From: the human T2T-CHM13v2.0 reference genome, Homo sapiens
Assembly: GCF_009914755.1 (NCBI RefSeq)
Contig: NC_060929.1
Length of the DNA: 64,000 nt
Direction: 5' to 3' (one strand)
Shown: in pieces, positions 1-20,189 of the stretch
How the letters are laid out: the number at the start of each line of letters is the position of its first letter
Position numbering within the stretch: the stretch's first letter is position 1
Made by a program: the position numbers and the translations under genes
Notes under the pieces: model-generated
Seen by the model: the letters and a program-made list of their open reading frames with translations, nothing else
Told to the model about the DNA's origin: nothing
The model's database searches: none

Positions 1-1565
1 AGCAAAAGGTAGCTCAGGGCTGTCCTCTTCTGCTTCAACACTAGAAGAGTAGAAATCTCATTTGATCAGCAGCAGCAAAGATGGAAATGGCAGATCAGGA
101 GGCCAGATTAGAGGGATGAATGTGACCTGATTCTGAGTACAACGAGAAAACAACCACAGAACCCTGAGAAAGAGCAGGGACAGATATAAGTCAAGTATAT
201 TACTTCTGGCAACAACAGGAGTGGGAATTTCTGCTTCTGAGTAGGATATAGTAAGTGGTGGCAAGCGATCACTCTCAGTGGCAATAACTGGGGGGAAATT
301 ATAAGTTACAAAAATCACATTTACAAACAAATTTGAGATATATGGAATTGAAGACTAGGTGAATTAAAACTCCAGTATGATCAGAGCCCCCTAAGAAAGC
401 TAATATTGCCAGCTCTTTGCTTTACTGGAAGTATTTTCTGAGTCTGAGGATTAGTCTAGCCATGGGCAGAGGACTCTATGAAGGGGAATAGAAATCAGCA
501 GAAGTTTTGATAACCATAGAGACTGACATGTCGGATTGGAAGAGGAGTCCAAACATATAGCCGATTTTCTACATGAGACATTTGCTGAGAGCTTTGGGAG
601 TAAAAAAGGCTTAAAAAGTTGGCTAAAAAAGACAGAATGAAATCTCTTGTAGTCTCAGAGTTTAGGAATCAAGTTATCCTACAGGGAGGGACCTATAACA
701 GATACATAATAAGAATCCTCCTTAAGATATATCTCATATTTTAAACCTATATAGGATGGATGGCTAAAGAGAAACATCCACAACCTCTGAAAAGCACAGC
801 TTTCAGATTAGAAGAGCTAGGGACCTTATAAACTGTTAAGCAAAAAATGCAGAGAACCATGCTGTAGTAGGGAGTCCAGACCTGAAAAACAACACACTAA
901 ACACTAAAAATTTTCTGCAGTCCCATTGTGAACTCCGTAGTGCTTTGGAGATAAAGTCCCATTAAAGAAATGAGGCAGCAATAAACACAGCGTAGGTCAT
1001 GTGTCCTTAAGACGTTTGAAATTAGATTGAGTATAATGAAAGTACAACCTAACTTCAAACCCAACCCTGCTTATTAATTGTTAGATTGAGGGGATGAGTC
1101 TCTCACTCTGTCTGCCTGACAAAAGAAAGGTCCAGTCCTCTCTGGAGGGAAATATCAACTTCAGTCTCCATGGATCTTTCATACAATAAAAAATTATGAT
1201 ATATGCAAAAGGTTAGGAAAATGTGACCACTCATCAAAAAAGAAAGTACAAAATAGAAACACATCTCCTCTTTGATCTAGATGTTGGGGTTAGCAGACTT
1301 TAAAATATCCATTAGGAAAAAAGTGTTAATGAAAATAGAGAAAAAGAATAGATAAAAAGGTAAAAAACTGCCAATAGAAAATAGAAGCTATAAAAAAAGA
1401 ATAAAACAGTCTGGGACTACAAAGTGCAATAGCTGAATTAAGAACATATGATATGGCTTTAACAGCAGACTATGTGGGATATAATCTGTTGAATATGTGT
1501 AATTGGAGACCCTGAAGGAACAAGAAGGGAATAGAAAAATATAGCTGAAGAGCTAATTGTCAAGA

Positions 1566-2218
1566 ATTTTCCAAAACTGAAGACAGACATCAGTACCTAT
1601 TGATAAATCTCAGCATAGCCTAATTAGGATAAATAGAAAGAAAACCATATCTAGAGACATCATCTAGAGCAGCCAAACTGCTGAAACCCAAATATAAAGA
1701 AAAAAATCTTAAAAACATCTAGAAAAAAAAGTTACCTTCCAAGAAGCAAGGATGACTGACTTGAACAGGAACACCACAGGACCAAATGGTGGAATAACAT
1801 CTTTAATGTGCTCATGGAACATTAAACATGCTGTTTAATGGCTTACTGCTAACCAAGAATTCTTTATCCAGCAAAAATATCCTTAAAAAATGAAGGTGAA
1901 ATAAAGACATTTCAGGTATCCAGTAGACCTACACTACAAGAAAAACTAAAGGTAGCTCTTTAGGGCAAAAGGATCCTAGCTGGAAGCACAGAACTTTAGC
2001 AAGGAAGGTCTACTGGATACCTGAAATGTCTTTATTTCACCTTCATTTTTTAAGGATATTTTCCAAAACTGAAGACAGACATCAGTACCTATTGATAAAT
2101 CTCAGCATAGCCTAATTAGGATAAATAGAAAGAAAACCATATCTAGAGACATCATCTAGAGCAGCCAAACTGCTGAAACCCAAATATAAAGAAAAAAATC
2201 TTAAAAACATCTAGAAAA
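1566..2218 (+). repeat. 161-bp direct repeat (1566-1726 = 2058-2218)
   Basis: Compared by eye: attttccaaaactgaagacagac...aaaaacatctagaaaa occurs twice, offset 492, no mismatch seen. Confidence 0.95.
1874..2062. repeat. 57-bp inverted repeat (1874-1930 / 2006-2062), 75-bp spacer
   Basis: aaaatatccttaaaaaatgaagg...ccagtagacct and its exact reverse complement. Confidence 0.95.
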
Positions 2219-3314
2219 TAAAAAATGTAAACATTAAAAATTCATACTAAAATAGATTGGCAGATGGGTTAAGAAAAACAAGAACCAATTATATGTTGTT
2301 TATAAGAGATGGCATTTAAATATAAAGGCACAGAAAGGTTGGAAGTATAGAAAATTATATATATGTAAACAGTAATCAAAAGAAAGCAGCTGTGGCTATG
2401 TTAATGTAAAAAATTAGACTTTAAGTGAACAGGAATTATTGGAGAAAAAAGGAACATTTCATGGCAATAAAAGAGGCAATTCCATAGGAAAACATAAAAC
2501 CATAAATTTGTATGCAACTTAAAGTTTCAAAATATATAAAACAAAGGTTGATAGAATTAAAACAAGAAATAGAAATAAATCTACTATCACACTTGGAGAT
2601 TTCAACACATCTATCTCAGGAACTGCTAGAAAAAAAAACACACACAATGATGGTGTACAGGATCCTTCACCTGTGAAAAATAGTGGCTAATCTGAAAGTT
2701 TGGGGCTTGTGTTATTAGCAGCGGTCTCTGTGTTCAAAGTCAGTGCTTTGGAGTGGAATTGCCTATTCTTTTCCCCTTCACTTCTACTTCCTGTACTGTA
2801 GCACAGTGGTTGCCTTTCACTTTCTGAACCCAGGAAAGGCCTCTTTTAGCCAATTCACTGTTCTCATTCTCTTCTGCTTGTTACAGGTTAAATAATAGTA
2901 ACCTGTCATACATTTCTGAATTCTGCTTCATCTGTGCAGCTGAGTTGATTGAATAAATGGACTGAGACTTCCAGTCTGTAGGCTTAGTTCTGTGTCTTTA
3001 TTTATATGGATCCCAAGATGAAGAGTAGAGAAGGGAACAAGAAGCCCCTCCTTCTTCAAGCCAGTTTACCCGTAAGCCTTGTGTTTGGGGGATTACTAGT
3101 GATTGCCTATATTAATAAAATCAGTGTTTTGTTTCTCATTTGGCTAGTGATCCATTCATCAGAATCTAAATAATGCAATTTGCAAGGTATAACTTAAAAA
3201 TGTATAGCCCCTAAAGGGCTTCTAGCCCACCTCATCATAGAGAATTATCCACCTGAGTTTATGCACCTCCAACACTCTTCTAATTTAGGAAAGCAAGGAG
3301 AGCTTTGAAATCGG

Positions 3315-3422
3315 GGATCCCATACTGCCCAACTCCAGGAAGCACCTTTGGCTTACTTATATATGAAGGGTGCCCTCTGGAGCTCCGCAGTGCACAGCAG
3401 AAGTGTCCGTATATGGCACTCT
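3315..3422. mobile_element. MER91-like hAT MITE
   Basis: Internal palindrome ctccaggaagcacc...ggtgccctctggag followed by gcagtgcacagc. Confidence 0.5.
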
Positions 3423-4445
3423 ATGTCTTATCCTCTTTCCTAATAAATGGTTTCTACTTAGTTTTGGCTTCTTGATCCTGAGGAATGCCTCTCCACTGGG
3501 AAAGATAACTATCCATAGGGGTATTTCTTGGTCTCTGGCATAACTTTATCAGGAAATACCATAATAACCCCAACACTGATATAAGAGAAAAATAATGGAG
3601 AGATACCCAGTAAATAAAATATGTTTAAAATGTATTAATTAAAGATGGATTGAAGAGATGCAGTCTATAGTCTAAGCAATTTCTTAGTGAAATTTTCCAC
3701 AATGTTCAGATCTAAATGATTTGAAAGCTAGGATTTATCTTTAAAGGCTGGGCCACTTCCAATCAACCACACTCACAGCACCTGTCATGACAGATGTAAA
3801 AAGGAACACATTATAAACAATTTGCTGTTCTTCATGTAAGTTAAGGATTGGATAATTATCTAATATAACTCACATTACTGACCAAAACCTACTATTATGT
3901 CTGAGCCATTATTCTGAATACATGTAAATCTTACAAATTTATTTTAGATCCAAAAAAATCCTTAAATTTGGAAGGAATTTTTGTTCTGATTTTTTATGTG
4001 TGTGAAGTACAATTATATTGGCAGTTAAAATATTTTTCAAAATGACATAAAATAACCAGCTTCTAGGAAATTACAGTTTGCAATCATTGATTTTTTTTTA
4101 GGGAAAGTAAAATTTGAATTTCTCAGATTAATTTCAAATCAATCAAATGAGCATTTAGTTTGATGATACTAATAAAGAGGTAAAGAACTCCAGGAGAGAT
4201 AACCATCAGCATTCATAATCTTAATCTAAAATTTCAGGAATTGGGCTTCCCAAAATAGAGCAACTACAAAATAAGACCATTATTATGAAACAGAACTTTT
4301 CATCTTATCTTGGAAAATTCCAAGGTCCTCAACTCACATTGGCAGATGGAAAAAAAATATTCATGACATGAGGGAAGATAAGAGCTAAGGTTTGGTTTGT
4401 TTTTTTTTGAAACAAAAACAATTCCGGCTACTAGTTTCTATTCTT

Positions 4446-4946
<501 letters not shown>

Positions 4947-7400
4947 AAAAGATGATAGGACTTGGGAACGTAAGAATAGAATTGTGGACTCAGAATGGAA
5001 AGGTACCTTGAAAGATTATTTTGTTTATTCTCTGACTTGTTTATTTTCTGCATATCTGAACTATGATGAAGAATGAATTAATCAGAAGAAATGCAATGTT
5101 ATAAATAAAAGAGACGAACAGTGTTTGCCTTATACCGAAATAAAGTTAACTCTGGCATATAATGATACTTTAATAGTGCATGGCTATTGTCCATTTGTTT
5201 TGTATAGCATATGCAAGTTTGGTTGGAAACTACAGTGCAAATTTAAGAAATCTAAGTAATTGTACAAACTGGAGTTTAGCCAATATGCTGAGAACAACAG
5301 CACCCTGGGGAAATCACCATGGGATTTGTGAGACCACAAAATGTTTATAGTACTTCAATACTGTATTCAAGGCATTAAATTTATTTGCCTTTTTTCCAGT
5401 CTATAAAAAATTACATTCAAAAAAATCTGTAAAACAAGAGGAGTGGTTTAAAATGGATATCAAGGTAGTCCCAGAAGAAGAAAAGAAATTCCAAAAAGTA
5501 AGGTTACAACTATCTGGAGAAGAGGGAAGGGGCAGTTCCAACTTCTTTCTTTTAGGGACTTGAGGAGTATGTTAATGATCAGAAGACAAGCTTAAAAGTG
5601 TCAGACCTTTTTTGCCAGCTGGTGGAGCTACTACCATGATTTACCATCCCATAACTGTAGCTGCATTTTTCATTGTTGCAGTGCACATGAAGTAGGACAT
5701 ATTTATTATGACTTAAAACAGATTAATATTAAATGAGATATATACTCATAAATTTCAGCAGCTATTAGAGCATTCATTAAAATAGGATAATATGAAATGT
5801 TTTAATATTTACAGATTTATAATTTGCAGTTAAAACCTTGCAAACAACTGAGCAGTTTAGAAGTTGAAATCTTTGCCTTTACGAGTGTCAGGACTGTGTT
5901 ATTAACAAAAGCAGCTTCAAATGTTATTCACTCAAAAATAAAGTGTTGCAGAAAAACTTCATAACTATGCTGGCAATGAAGTGGTTTTTGTTGGCAAAAT
6001 CTTACTCTACATAAATGTTTTAGCTTTGCTAAGATTACATTGTAATAATTCAAGATTTTGTTGAGAAATAATAGATACCACTATTTTGTGAACAAGATCA
6101 TTATTTTGTTAATAATAAAGGTGCTACTCCATTATAGTATCACTTAAAATATGTATCTTATGCATTTCTGGTGCACTGAAATATTGTATAGGTAGCTGGA
6201 TATAATGCAAGGTTATATATAAATAATAGATTTTATAACATAAATCTAAAAATATTTCATTTTGTTCTATTAGGTTTTTCTTCAATACTACATATAAATA
6301 TCCTTTTTTTCTAATAGCAAAGAGAGAAAACAATAATACATGCCACAGGTACTGTGTGTTCTTTCGTTACTTTTTTCTGGCCTGAGAAAATGAAAAGCTA
6401 TAGGATAATTTCTAAAAACATTTCAAAGAGAACTTAGAATTTCAATGACTTGAAAAAGCCTTGAGTTCACTGTGAAACTTATTCTTTCAAGTTATTTTAT
6501 TCTGCATTCCTTAGAGTCCTAAGAATTCACACATAAAGGATAGGTTAATATTCACTTTTAAAAGAGATTATACAAACAACTGGTGGCCATATAGGAGATT
6601 TTTCAAGCTGAATCTGATAATACAACTTCCTTTCAAATGAGCACTGATTTTGTTGGAAACACAAGCAGCAGAGCTTTGAAAAGATAAGACATAGTTGAAG
6701 CAATAGCGATTTTTTTTAATCCTCAAGAGAAAATCTCTCAACCTGATAAAATTTTTTTCTAAATTGAATTGTCATTAAATTAATGGAGTCTGATGTTTCT
6801 GAACAATATTTCCTGTTGGGATGATATTTAAAATATTAAGTACTAGTAACAAAATCTATATGTAAGTCTAAAATTATAAAACAGATTTTTTAGTTCTCTA
6901 AATGACTATTTATAAAACTGATTACCAAATGATATAACTTATTATTCAGCATGTCAAGGAATTTTTACTTGTAGATTTAGAAAGTATAGCATTATTTTGA
7001 TATTAATATTGCTACTTAAATGATACCTTGTCTGAGACATGATCTAACAAGCGAGGTTCATCCAATAAGCTTAAGATTTTAACTACCTGTGAGTCATTTT
7101 CTCCTTAATTCCTTGTTTTGTTTAAAAAAGATTGCTAAATAAGTAACCTCTAAAGTGTTTCCTAAAAGGACACCTGTTGGTCAATTCTAACCCAACACTG
7201 CTTGCTATAAAACCAAATCAACACTGCTGAACATTTAGCATACATAACCAGAAGTAAATCCTCCCATTTCTTACATCAAAAAAGTCCCCTTATATTTCCA
7301 AATGTCTGTCACCACCATTCCTTGAGAAAAACTGAGGTTACAAATAGACATAAACATTAATGAGGGTTGCTTATTCTTTTAATGCCAAAGAAAGGATTTT

Positions 7401-10750
<3,350 letters not shown>

Positions 10751-10959
10751 AAGAAAGGATTTTAAAGTAAGATATATTTGTGTATTTAGAAAGAATAGAT
10801 AAAATGATTTTTTAAAATAGCTGTCTTCTCAAAAAACAATTTGTTTGGAATTTTTTGATATAAAATATCAGGCTACTGAAGGAAGATTTTTGAATTTTCT
10901 TAAAGTTTGAAATACCTGAAATTCACAGTACTGTCATAGATACATAAACAGAAACTGGC

Positions 10960-11085
10960 TGAAGACTCAGCTCCATCACATATGTAACCCATGGCAAATG
11001 AATTAAACTCAAAGCTACGGCCTTCTTTTTTTATTTTTAATCTGTAAAATGGGGGAACATATCTATCCTAAATGACTGTTAGTTA
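10960..11085 (+). mobile_element. MIR fragment
   Basis: MIR core atctgtaaaatggggg. Confidence 0.55.
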
Positions 11086-11789
11086 TGATCTAATATAGTC
11101 TGTTCCACAACCTAAATAAGACTCTTTGATGTATTTCCTGACAAAATATAAATTTGTAATATATTACACATTAGGTTAAATTTAAAAGTTAAAATCTCTA
11201 GGCTATATTTGCTGTTAAAACTTTACCAATGAATTTAAGTTTTTAATACATAGATACATAATTATAAATAGACTAATTGGTAATATCTAGTTTATTCTGT
11301 ATTCCATATTAACAGAAGAAAAAACCTTTTCTGTTTATTACAGAAAAACTAAGTTTTGCTTCATTCATGTGGAAAAAATCCTCAATTTTGAATATAAAAT
11401 GACTATTAGAAAATGTAATAGAACATAAACTGAATGCTATTAAAGTAAAACAAATAAACAAAAATTAGAGATTGTATTTACCTCAATCTTGGAAGGCAAC
11501 CGTTCAATCAAAACTAATATCACTAATTGATTGCATAAGTGCTGTTTGCTTATCTTTTTAATAGAAAAATTGCCTTCTGGTATTTATTATGTTAATATAT
11601 GTATTCTGGAAACAAAATAAGAAATAAGTCGTATTTAGCCTAATTGTGTCCAATTTGAAATAGTATAACATAAACCCAGAATTCATGAGTATAAATATAA
11701 ATGTATGTTATATAACCTAATGTCAAGTATTATAGCCCTATTAACTAAGGAAAAAATTGAAATATGTAAATCTGTGTTTACTTTTGATA

Positions 11790-14700
11790 TTTAAAGTCAT
11801 GCAAGTTAAAAAGACATCGTAGTACCACAAAGTAAGTCTTGATACATTTTAAAAGATTGAAGCAATACAAAGTATCTTCGCTGACCGCATAGAATGAAGC
11901 TAGAAATCCATATAGAAAGAAAACTGAAAAATTCACTAATACGTGGAAATTAAAAAACACACTCAAACAACCAGTTGGGTCAAAGAAGAAAGCAAAGCAC
12001 GAGGGAAATTAGAAAATACACTGATATGAATGAAAACAAAAATATTGCATACCGAAAATTTACAGGATCCAGCAACAGTAGTGCTAAAAGGGAATTTTAT
12101 AGCAGTAAATGCCTCCATTAAAAAAAGAAGAAAGCTCTCAAGTCAACATAATTTTATACTTTGAACTAGAAGAATCAGCACTCTAAACCCCAAGCTAGCA
12201 GAAGGAAGGAAATAATACATGATTAGAATAGGGATTAATGAAATACAGAATAGAAAAATAGAATCAACAAAACCAAAATTTGGTCAGGAAAATATCAAAG
12301 AACTGGGCAAGCTTTTACCTACACTGACAAAGATAAAAGAGAGAGGATGCTTAATAAATAAAAAACAGTGGAGACATTACTACCACTTTTACAGAAATAA
12401 GGATTATAAGAGAATACTATAAGCAATTATATACCAAAACTTAGAGGACTTAAGTAAATGCACAAATTTATAAAAACATACAAATTATCTGAACTGAATC
12501 TAGAAGAAATAGAAAATCTCAACAGAACTATAACAAGTAAAAAGATTGAATCAGTAATCACAAACTTCCCAAGAAAGAAAAGTCCAGGACCAAATAGCTT
12601 CACTGATGAATTCTGCCAAGTATTTAAAGAAGCAACACCAATCCTTCTCAAACTGTTCAAAAAAAAAATTGAAGAAGAAATACTTCATGATTCATTCTAT
12701 GAGGACAACACTACCTCAGTATGAAAGCCAAAGTTATCACAAGAAAAGAATTATAGACCACTATCCCTTTGGAATATAAATGCAAAAATTCTCTGCAAAA
12801 TACTAACAGATTCTAATAGCATATTAAAAGGATTTTACATTATTACCAAATGGGATTTATCTAGGAATGCAGGAATAGTTCAACATAAAAAAAATCGATG
12901 TAATTTACCACATTAATAAAGGGGGGAAGGGATTGTTTTACTTGATACAGAAAAGCATTCGACAAAATCTAGCACCCTGTCATGATAAACACACTCAGAA
13001 GACTAGGAGTAGAAGAAGACTGCTTCAACATGACACTGGGCACTTATGAAAACCTCCTAGCTAACACCACACATTTGTGAAAAACTGAAAGCTTTCCCCC
13101 TAAAATTAGGAACAAAATGAGGATGTCCACTTTAACCACTGCTATTCAACATTGTGCTGGAAACTCTAGCTGGAACAATTTGATTTAAAAATAAATAAAT
13201 AAATAAAAGGCATCCAAATTGGAAAAGAAGTAGTAAAACTATCTGTATTCTGATGTCCTAATCCTGTATACAGAAAATCCCAAAGAATTCAGAAGAAAGC
13301 TACTAGAGCTAATTAATTTAGCAACATGGCAGGTTATACGATCAGCACATAAAAATCAGTTGTTTCTGTACACTAGGAATGAACAATCCAGAAAGGACAC
13401 TAAAAGCAATTCGATTTACAATAGCATCTAAAAGAATAAAATACCTAGGAATAATTTTAAGCATGGATGTTAAAAACTTGCACACTGAAAACTAAGACGT
13501 TGCTGAAGGAAATTAAAGAAGATCCAAATAAATAGACATCCTGTGTTGATGCATTAGAAGATTTAATACTGTTAAGATATCAGTACTGCCCAAGGCCATC
13601 TACAGATTTAACACAATTTCTATCAAAATTTCAACAGCGCTTTTATAGAAATGAAAAGGATGATCTTCAAATTCATCCAGAATTTTAAGGGGTCTTGCAT
13701 AACCAAAAAAAATCCTGAAAAGAAGTACAGTGTTCATAATATCAAAACTTACTACAAAGCTACAGTAATCAAAACAGTGTAGTACTGCCATAAGAATAGA
13801 CATATAGATCAAGGGAATAGAAAGTACAGAAATAAATTCATATATCTATGACCAGTGGATTTTTGACAAGTCTACTAATGAAGTCCATTCATCTGGGAAA
13901 GAATAGTCTCTTTGATAAATAGTGCTAGGATAGCTGATTTACATATGCAAAAGAATGAAGTTGGACCCCTTAACTCCAAGTTGATCAATGACCTAAATAT
14001 AAAATTTAAAAAACATAAATCTTGTAAAATAAAGAGGGGTAAATATTTATGAACAGTGGAGTCTTAGATATGACATCAAAATCACAAGCAACAAAAGTAA
14101 ATTGAACTTGATCAAAATTAAAAATTTTGAAAGGAATCACTTGAGGCCGGGAGTTCAAGACCAACCTGGGCAACATAACAAGACCCTGTCTCTAAAAAAA
14201 AAACAAATTGTAATTAGCTGAGCATGGTGGTGCATGCCTGTAGTCCTAACTACTTGGGAGGCTGACATCTGGGAGCATTTTTTGAGCCCAGGAGGTTGAG
14301 GCTGAAGTGAGCTATTGCTGTGCCACTGCACTACAGCCTGGCTGACAGAGTGAGACCATCTCAAAAAAAAAAATAAATGTGGTGTAAGGGACAGTATCAA
14401 GAAAGTAAAAAGACAACATGGCTACCTACAGAATGGAAGAAAATGGTTGCAAATCATTTCTGATAATGACTTAATATCCAGACTATATACTATATATATA
14501 AAATGTTAATAAGGAGAAATTGGAACTCTGATACATTGCTGGGAGAAATGTAAATTCCTCGAAAAGCTAATCATAGAATTACCGTATGACTCTACAGTTC
14601 TGTGTATACCCAAAAGAATTGAAAACAGGGACTCAAAAAGATAGTTGTATGCCAATGTTCATTGCAGCATTATTCACAATAGCCAAAGGTAGAAACAACC

Positions 14701-15110
14701 TAAATTTCCATTAGCAATTGAATGGATAAAAATGTGGTATATACATACAATAGGTAAAAAGGAGTAAAAGCCATAAAAAGGAATGATATTCTGATACATA
14801 CTGCAATATGGATGAACCTTGAAGACATTATACTCAGTAAAATAAACCAAACACAAAAGGCCAAGATTGAGTGATTCCACAAATTCATATAGAAAGAAAG
14901 CAGAATAGAGATTACCAGTGGCTGGGGAAAGGGACTCATGAGTTATTGCTTAATGGCTACAGTTTCTGTTTGGGATAATGAAAAAACTTGAAAATAAATA
15001 GTGGTGATGGTTGTACAACATTGTGAATGTAGTTATTGCCACTGAGTTGTACACTTAAAATTGGTTAAAATGACAAATGTTATGTTATATATATCTTACC
15101 CAATAAAAAC
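11790..15110 (+). mobile_element. Old L1 (L1MB-type), ORF2 plus 3' end
   Basis: Degenerate ORF2p (KSPGPNSFTDEFCQVFKE) and L1MB-type 3' terminus ending caataaaaa. Confidence 0.85.
14131..14373 (+). mobile_element. 5'-truncated AluJ nested in L1
   Basis: ttgagcccaggaggttgaggctg...gtgagctattg AluJ diagnostics and A tail. Confidence 0.9.
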
Positions 15111-16289
15111 TATTTTTTTAAAAAAGCAGTATTCAATTCTTACCTGGTTATTGAACCGAAACAAAAAAATGTGTAATGTAGCCTAACTTTATAAACTATA
15201 TTGAAATTTAAGCAGATGTTATAAGTAATGTACAATAAATTTTAACTTATTCAATATAAAAGATTAACTTTCAGAATTAATACTTTTTACTCTAGGAGCC
15301 TAAGGGTATAGGAGAAAAGATGAAATTTAAAATCTATTTTGCATTAACTTTTTAAGTATATTAACAGTAACTCTATACCTAGTTGTGACTATAAATATAT
15401 CTCTCCACCTCTGCTAAGACCTACTTATATCAATCAACTTTTGACATAACAAAATTCTTATGTAATATGAAGCAGTAAAATATTGTGCTTTAACCTTTTA
15501 TCCGTCCCATCATATTTGAAAGATAGGACATGTCTCCTTTTTAATACTAATTTCAAGGCTCTCTGAATTAGCCTCTAAAGAACCTGCAAAATGTCTTTCA
15601 AATATGTTCATATTAATTTTCAATTCCTGCTGAAAATATATTTGAAAGGCTTGATTTAGGACAGTCTCAAAAATATGCTAATTATTCATTTTATTCTCTA
15701 AAGTCTGTCCTTTTATGCAGGTACTCATCCATCCAAAAACATATATTGAATGTCTACCATTAGCACAACACAACCTACCAAAATTACAAAAATTAGTGAG
15801 ATAACTGTTCAGAGATAGTTTTTCTATCTCTGAAACAAGCTTCAAAATAATAGAGTTCACTTTATGGTCTTTGATGGCGAATATAAATTCGAATCATATT
15901 CCGTAGCGAAAAAAAGTCATAGCCTTGTTTTCTAGGATATGAGACAGAAATCACTCTGATGTAAAATTATTTCTACAAAATAAAATTGAAGAAAAGACAA
16001 GAGTAACTTTGTAATTTTTATAACCTAAACCTGATATCAACTTGTAGATTTTCTTCACGGGTCCTTCTTGCTCTTTGATTTCACCACAGTGAATTTCTCC
16101 AAGAGCTTGTTTTTCCATGTGGGAAAACAGGTCAGATTCAACTTCCATTTTTATCACCTGTTTCTTCAGCAGTTTTATTAGTTACTTCATTGTTTTCAGT
16201 AAGAATTCATAGTGAGATTACAATTTTCACTGAACTGCTGGGTGCTCCACCCAACATCATCCTAAACCTTGGAACCCAACCTAAAACAC

Positions 16290-16500
16290 GATGACAGAGC
16301 AGCCCCTGTCTGGTATATTGCTGGTTATTGTGGCAGAGGAAAAGAGACTGCTGCAAAGCAACTTAAACTGATAAATGCCTCTATCCAGAAACAACACACG
16401 TAACTTTCATTGGACAATCATTTTCATTGGTCAAGTCCCATGGCCTTCGTAACTTCCAGGGGACAGGGAAGCACAAACCAACCATGTAATCAGAGACTAG
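16290..16500 (-). mobile_element. MLT1 (MaLR) LTR fragment
   Basis: cattggtcaagtcccatggcc...aacttccagggga resembles MLT1 antisense. Confidence 0.5.
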
Positions 16501-16752
16501 AATATTTCTGAAGAGCTTTAAGGGAACAGTTATGAAAGTTTTACTCCAATTTATTTGAAAACTTGGATGTAATGGATAATCTTTTATAAAAGTTATTAGA
16601 AATGGCTCAAGAAGAACTAGAAGACATGAAGAGACCAGCAAATATTAAAGAAATTGATAGGTATTTTTAAATCTGCCCATAGACCTGAAAAAAGTACAGG
16701 CCCAAGTGGTTTTATAGGCTAGATTTATCAAACCTTTAAGAATTCTATTTTT

Positions 16753-18745
<1,993 letters not shown>

Positions 18746-18779
18746 TAAAAGAGATTACCAAATTACCAATGTCTAGAAC

Positions 18780-19222
18780 TGTTAATGGCCTGACATTTTA
18801 CCCTATTCGTAAGCTAACAAGTTATTTGGCCACTGTCATAGATGGTGGCAGAAGACACAAGACTTATGTGTTAGAGACAAAGGATGGTTTGTTACTCACA
18901 GCGGTAGCCAGAGTAGCAGCATTTGTGATGGATACCTGAGCCTCATTTCCCATAGGGTATCTTGATATTCATATATGCAATGGAGTGTGTTACATGGGAG
19001 ATCTCTAAGCTTACAAAACTCAAATCTTTTATAATAGGCATTAAATATGCTATATTCTAATACAAACAAACCTATACTCTGCTCCAAATGGAGACACTCT
19101 GTCTTCCGAGACAGTTTGCTGTGCAAATATCTTTCAAAAATAGTCCAGAACAAAGGCAGTTAGTACTTCTGCTTGCAAGATGTGCAGGCACACATTGATC
19201 CATGGAAAATTGTCACCTAACA
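18780..19222 (-). mobile_element. LTR40-like solo LTR (ERVL)
   Basis: Reverse complement begins tgttaggtgacaattttccatgg...gcacatcttgcaagcagaag...ctgcctttgttctggactat. TG...CA ends. Confidence 0.7.
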
Positions 19223-20189
19223 GCCAACATGTTTTATGAAGCCAATAAAATCATGATACACAAACCAGGTAAAAGTGTCATAAAACAGAATACTATAGAC
19301 CAATCTCCTTTTTAGCATATGGATTAAAATGCCATATAAAATAGTAACAAGTTGAGTTCCTTAGTATCAAAAAACCAGTATTAAAGACATATGGAATTTA
19401 TCCATATGAAGGAATGGTATATATGAGGAAAGAAAATCAATTTAATAAAATTAATATTATTCAACAGTAGAAAAATTCACAAGTTGAATTTATCACATTA
19501 ACAGATTAAAGGAGAAAACCATATGAACATCTTCAGAGATACAGAGAAATTATTTTGACTTGTGAATAATGAGTATGTGGAATATTGGCACAAGAATTCA
19601 ATTCTTCAGATTCCTTGAAGAGTACAATTTTCACTGCAGTGTGCCTTTTTTTCACTGGATTATATGGCAAAAAAGTGTTTGAAGTATGTGTCCTTATTAT
19701 GTCTCTTACTTTAAAATAGCATAGTTAAAATGAACTATAGCATAGTTAAAATGAACTAAGAATACTGGGTACTCTTTGAACCATGTCTTAATACCAAAAT
19801 AATTAACAGCTTATCACAAAGAATAAGTTATGATTATGCCTGTAAAAGTGAATTCCTGATGCAGAAGCTTCTCTTACTATTAACTCCAATCCAAATCCTT
19901 TTTTAGAATGAAGTGGTTGTGTCTATTAAAATATATACATTGACTATTATGTTATCATAATAGTTCTAAGTGTATTGTCTCCTGTACCATGCATTTTAAA
20001 TGGGGACAAAAATTGGTATTTGGTGGACAAAAAAAATCTTGGATATTAGAGTGGTTTGTGATCCTCATAAGCTCAACCCTACCAGACAAAATCTTCTGCT
20101 TATTTATCCTATTAGAAAGAAATTAGAAATTTAAAATTAATTTAATAAATTTATTTTTAATTAAACTTAAATTTAATTTATTGATTAAA

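Larger units (their letters stand above)
1140..2640 (+). mobile_element. Ancient L1M fragment (ORF1 end, ORF2 endonuclease start)
   Basis: A-rich degenerate L1 motifs (ccaagaattctttatccagcaaaaatatcc; aaagaaagcagctgtggctatgttaat; ttggagatttcaacac). Boundaries approximate. Confidence 0.7.

Noticed and set aside
15951-16157. Protein-like 68-aa minus-strand ORF (MIKMEVESDLF...)
   Set aside because: No family recognised and no convincing splice-site pair.
19716-19757. 21-bp tandem duplication (similar small duplications near 21118-21147 and 56913-56952)
   Set aside because: Ordinary slippage events.
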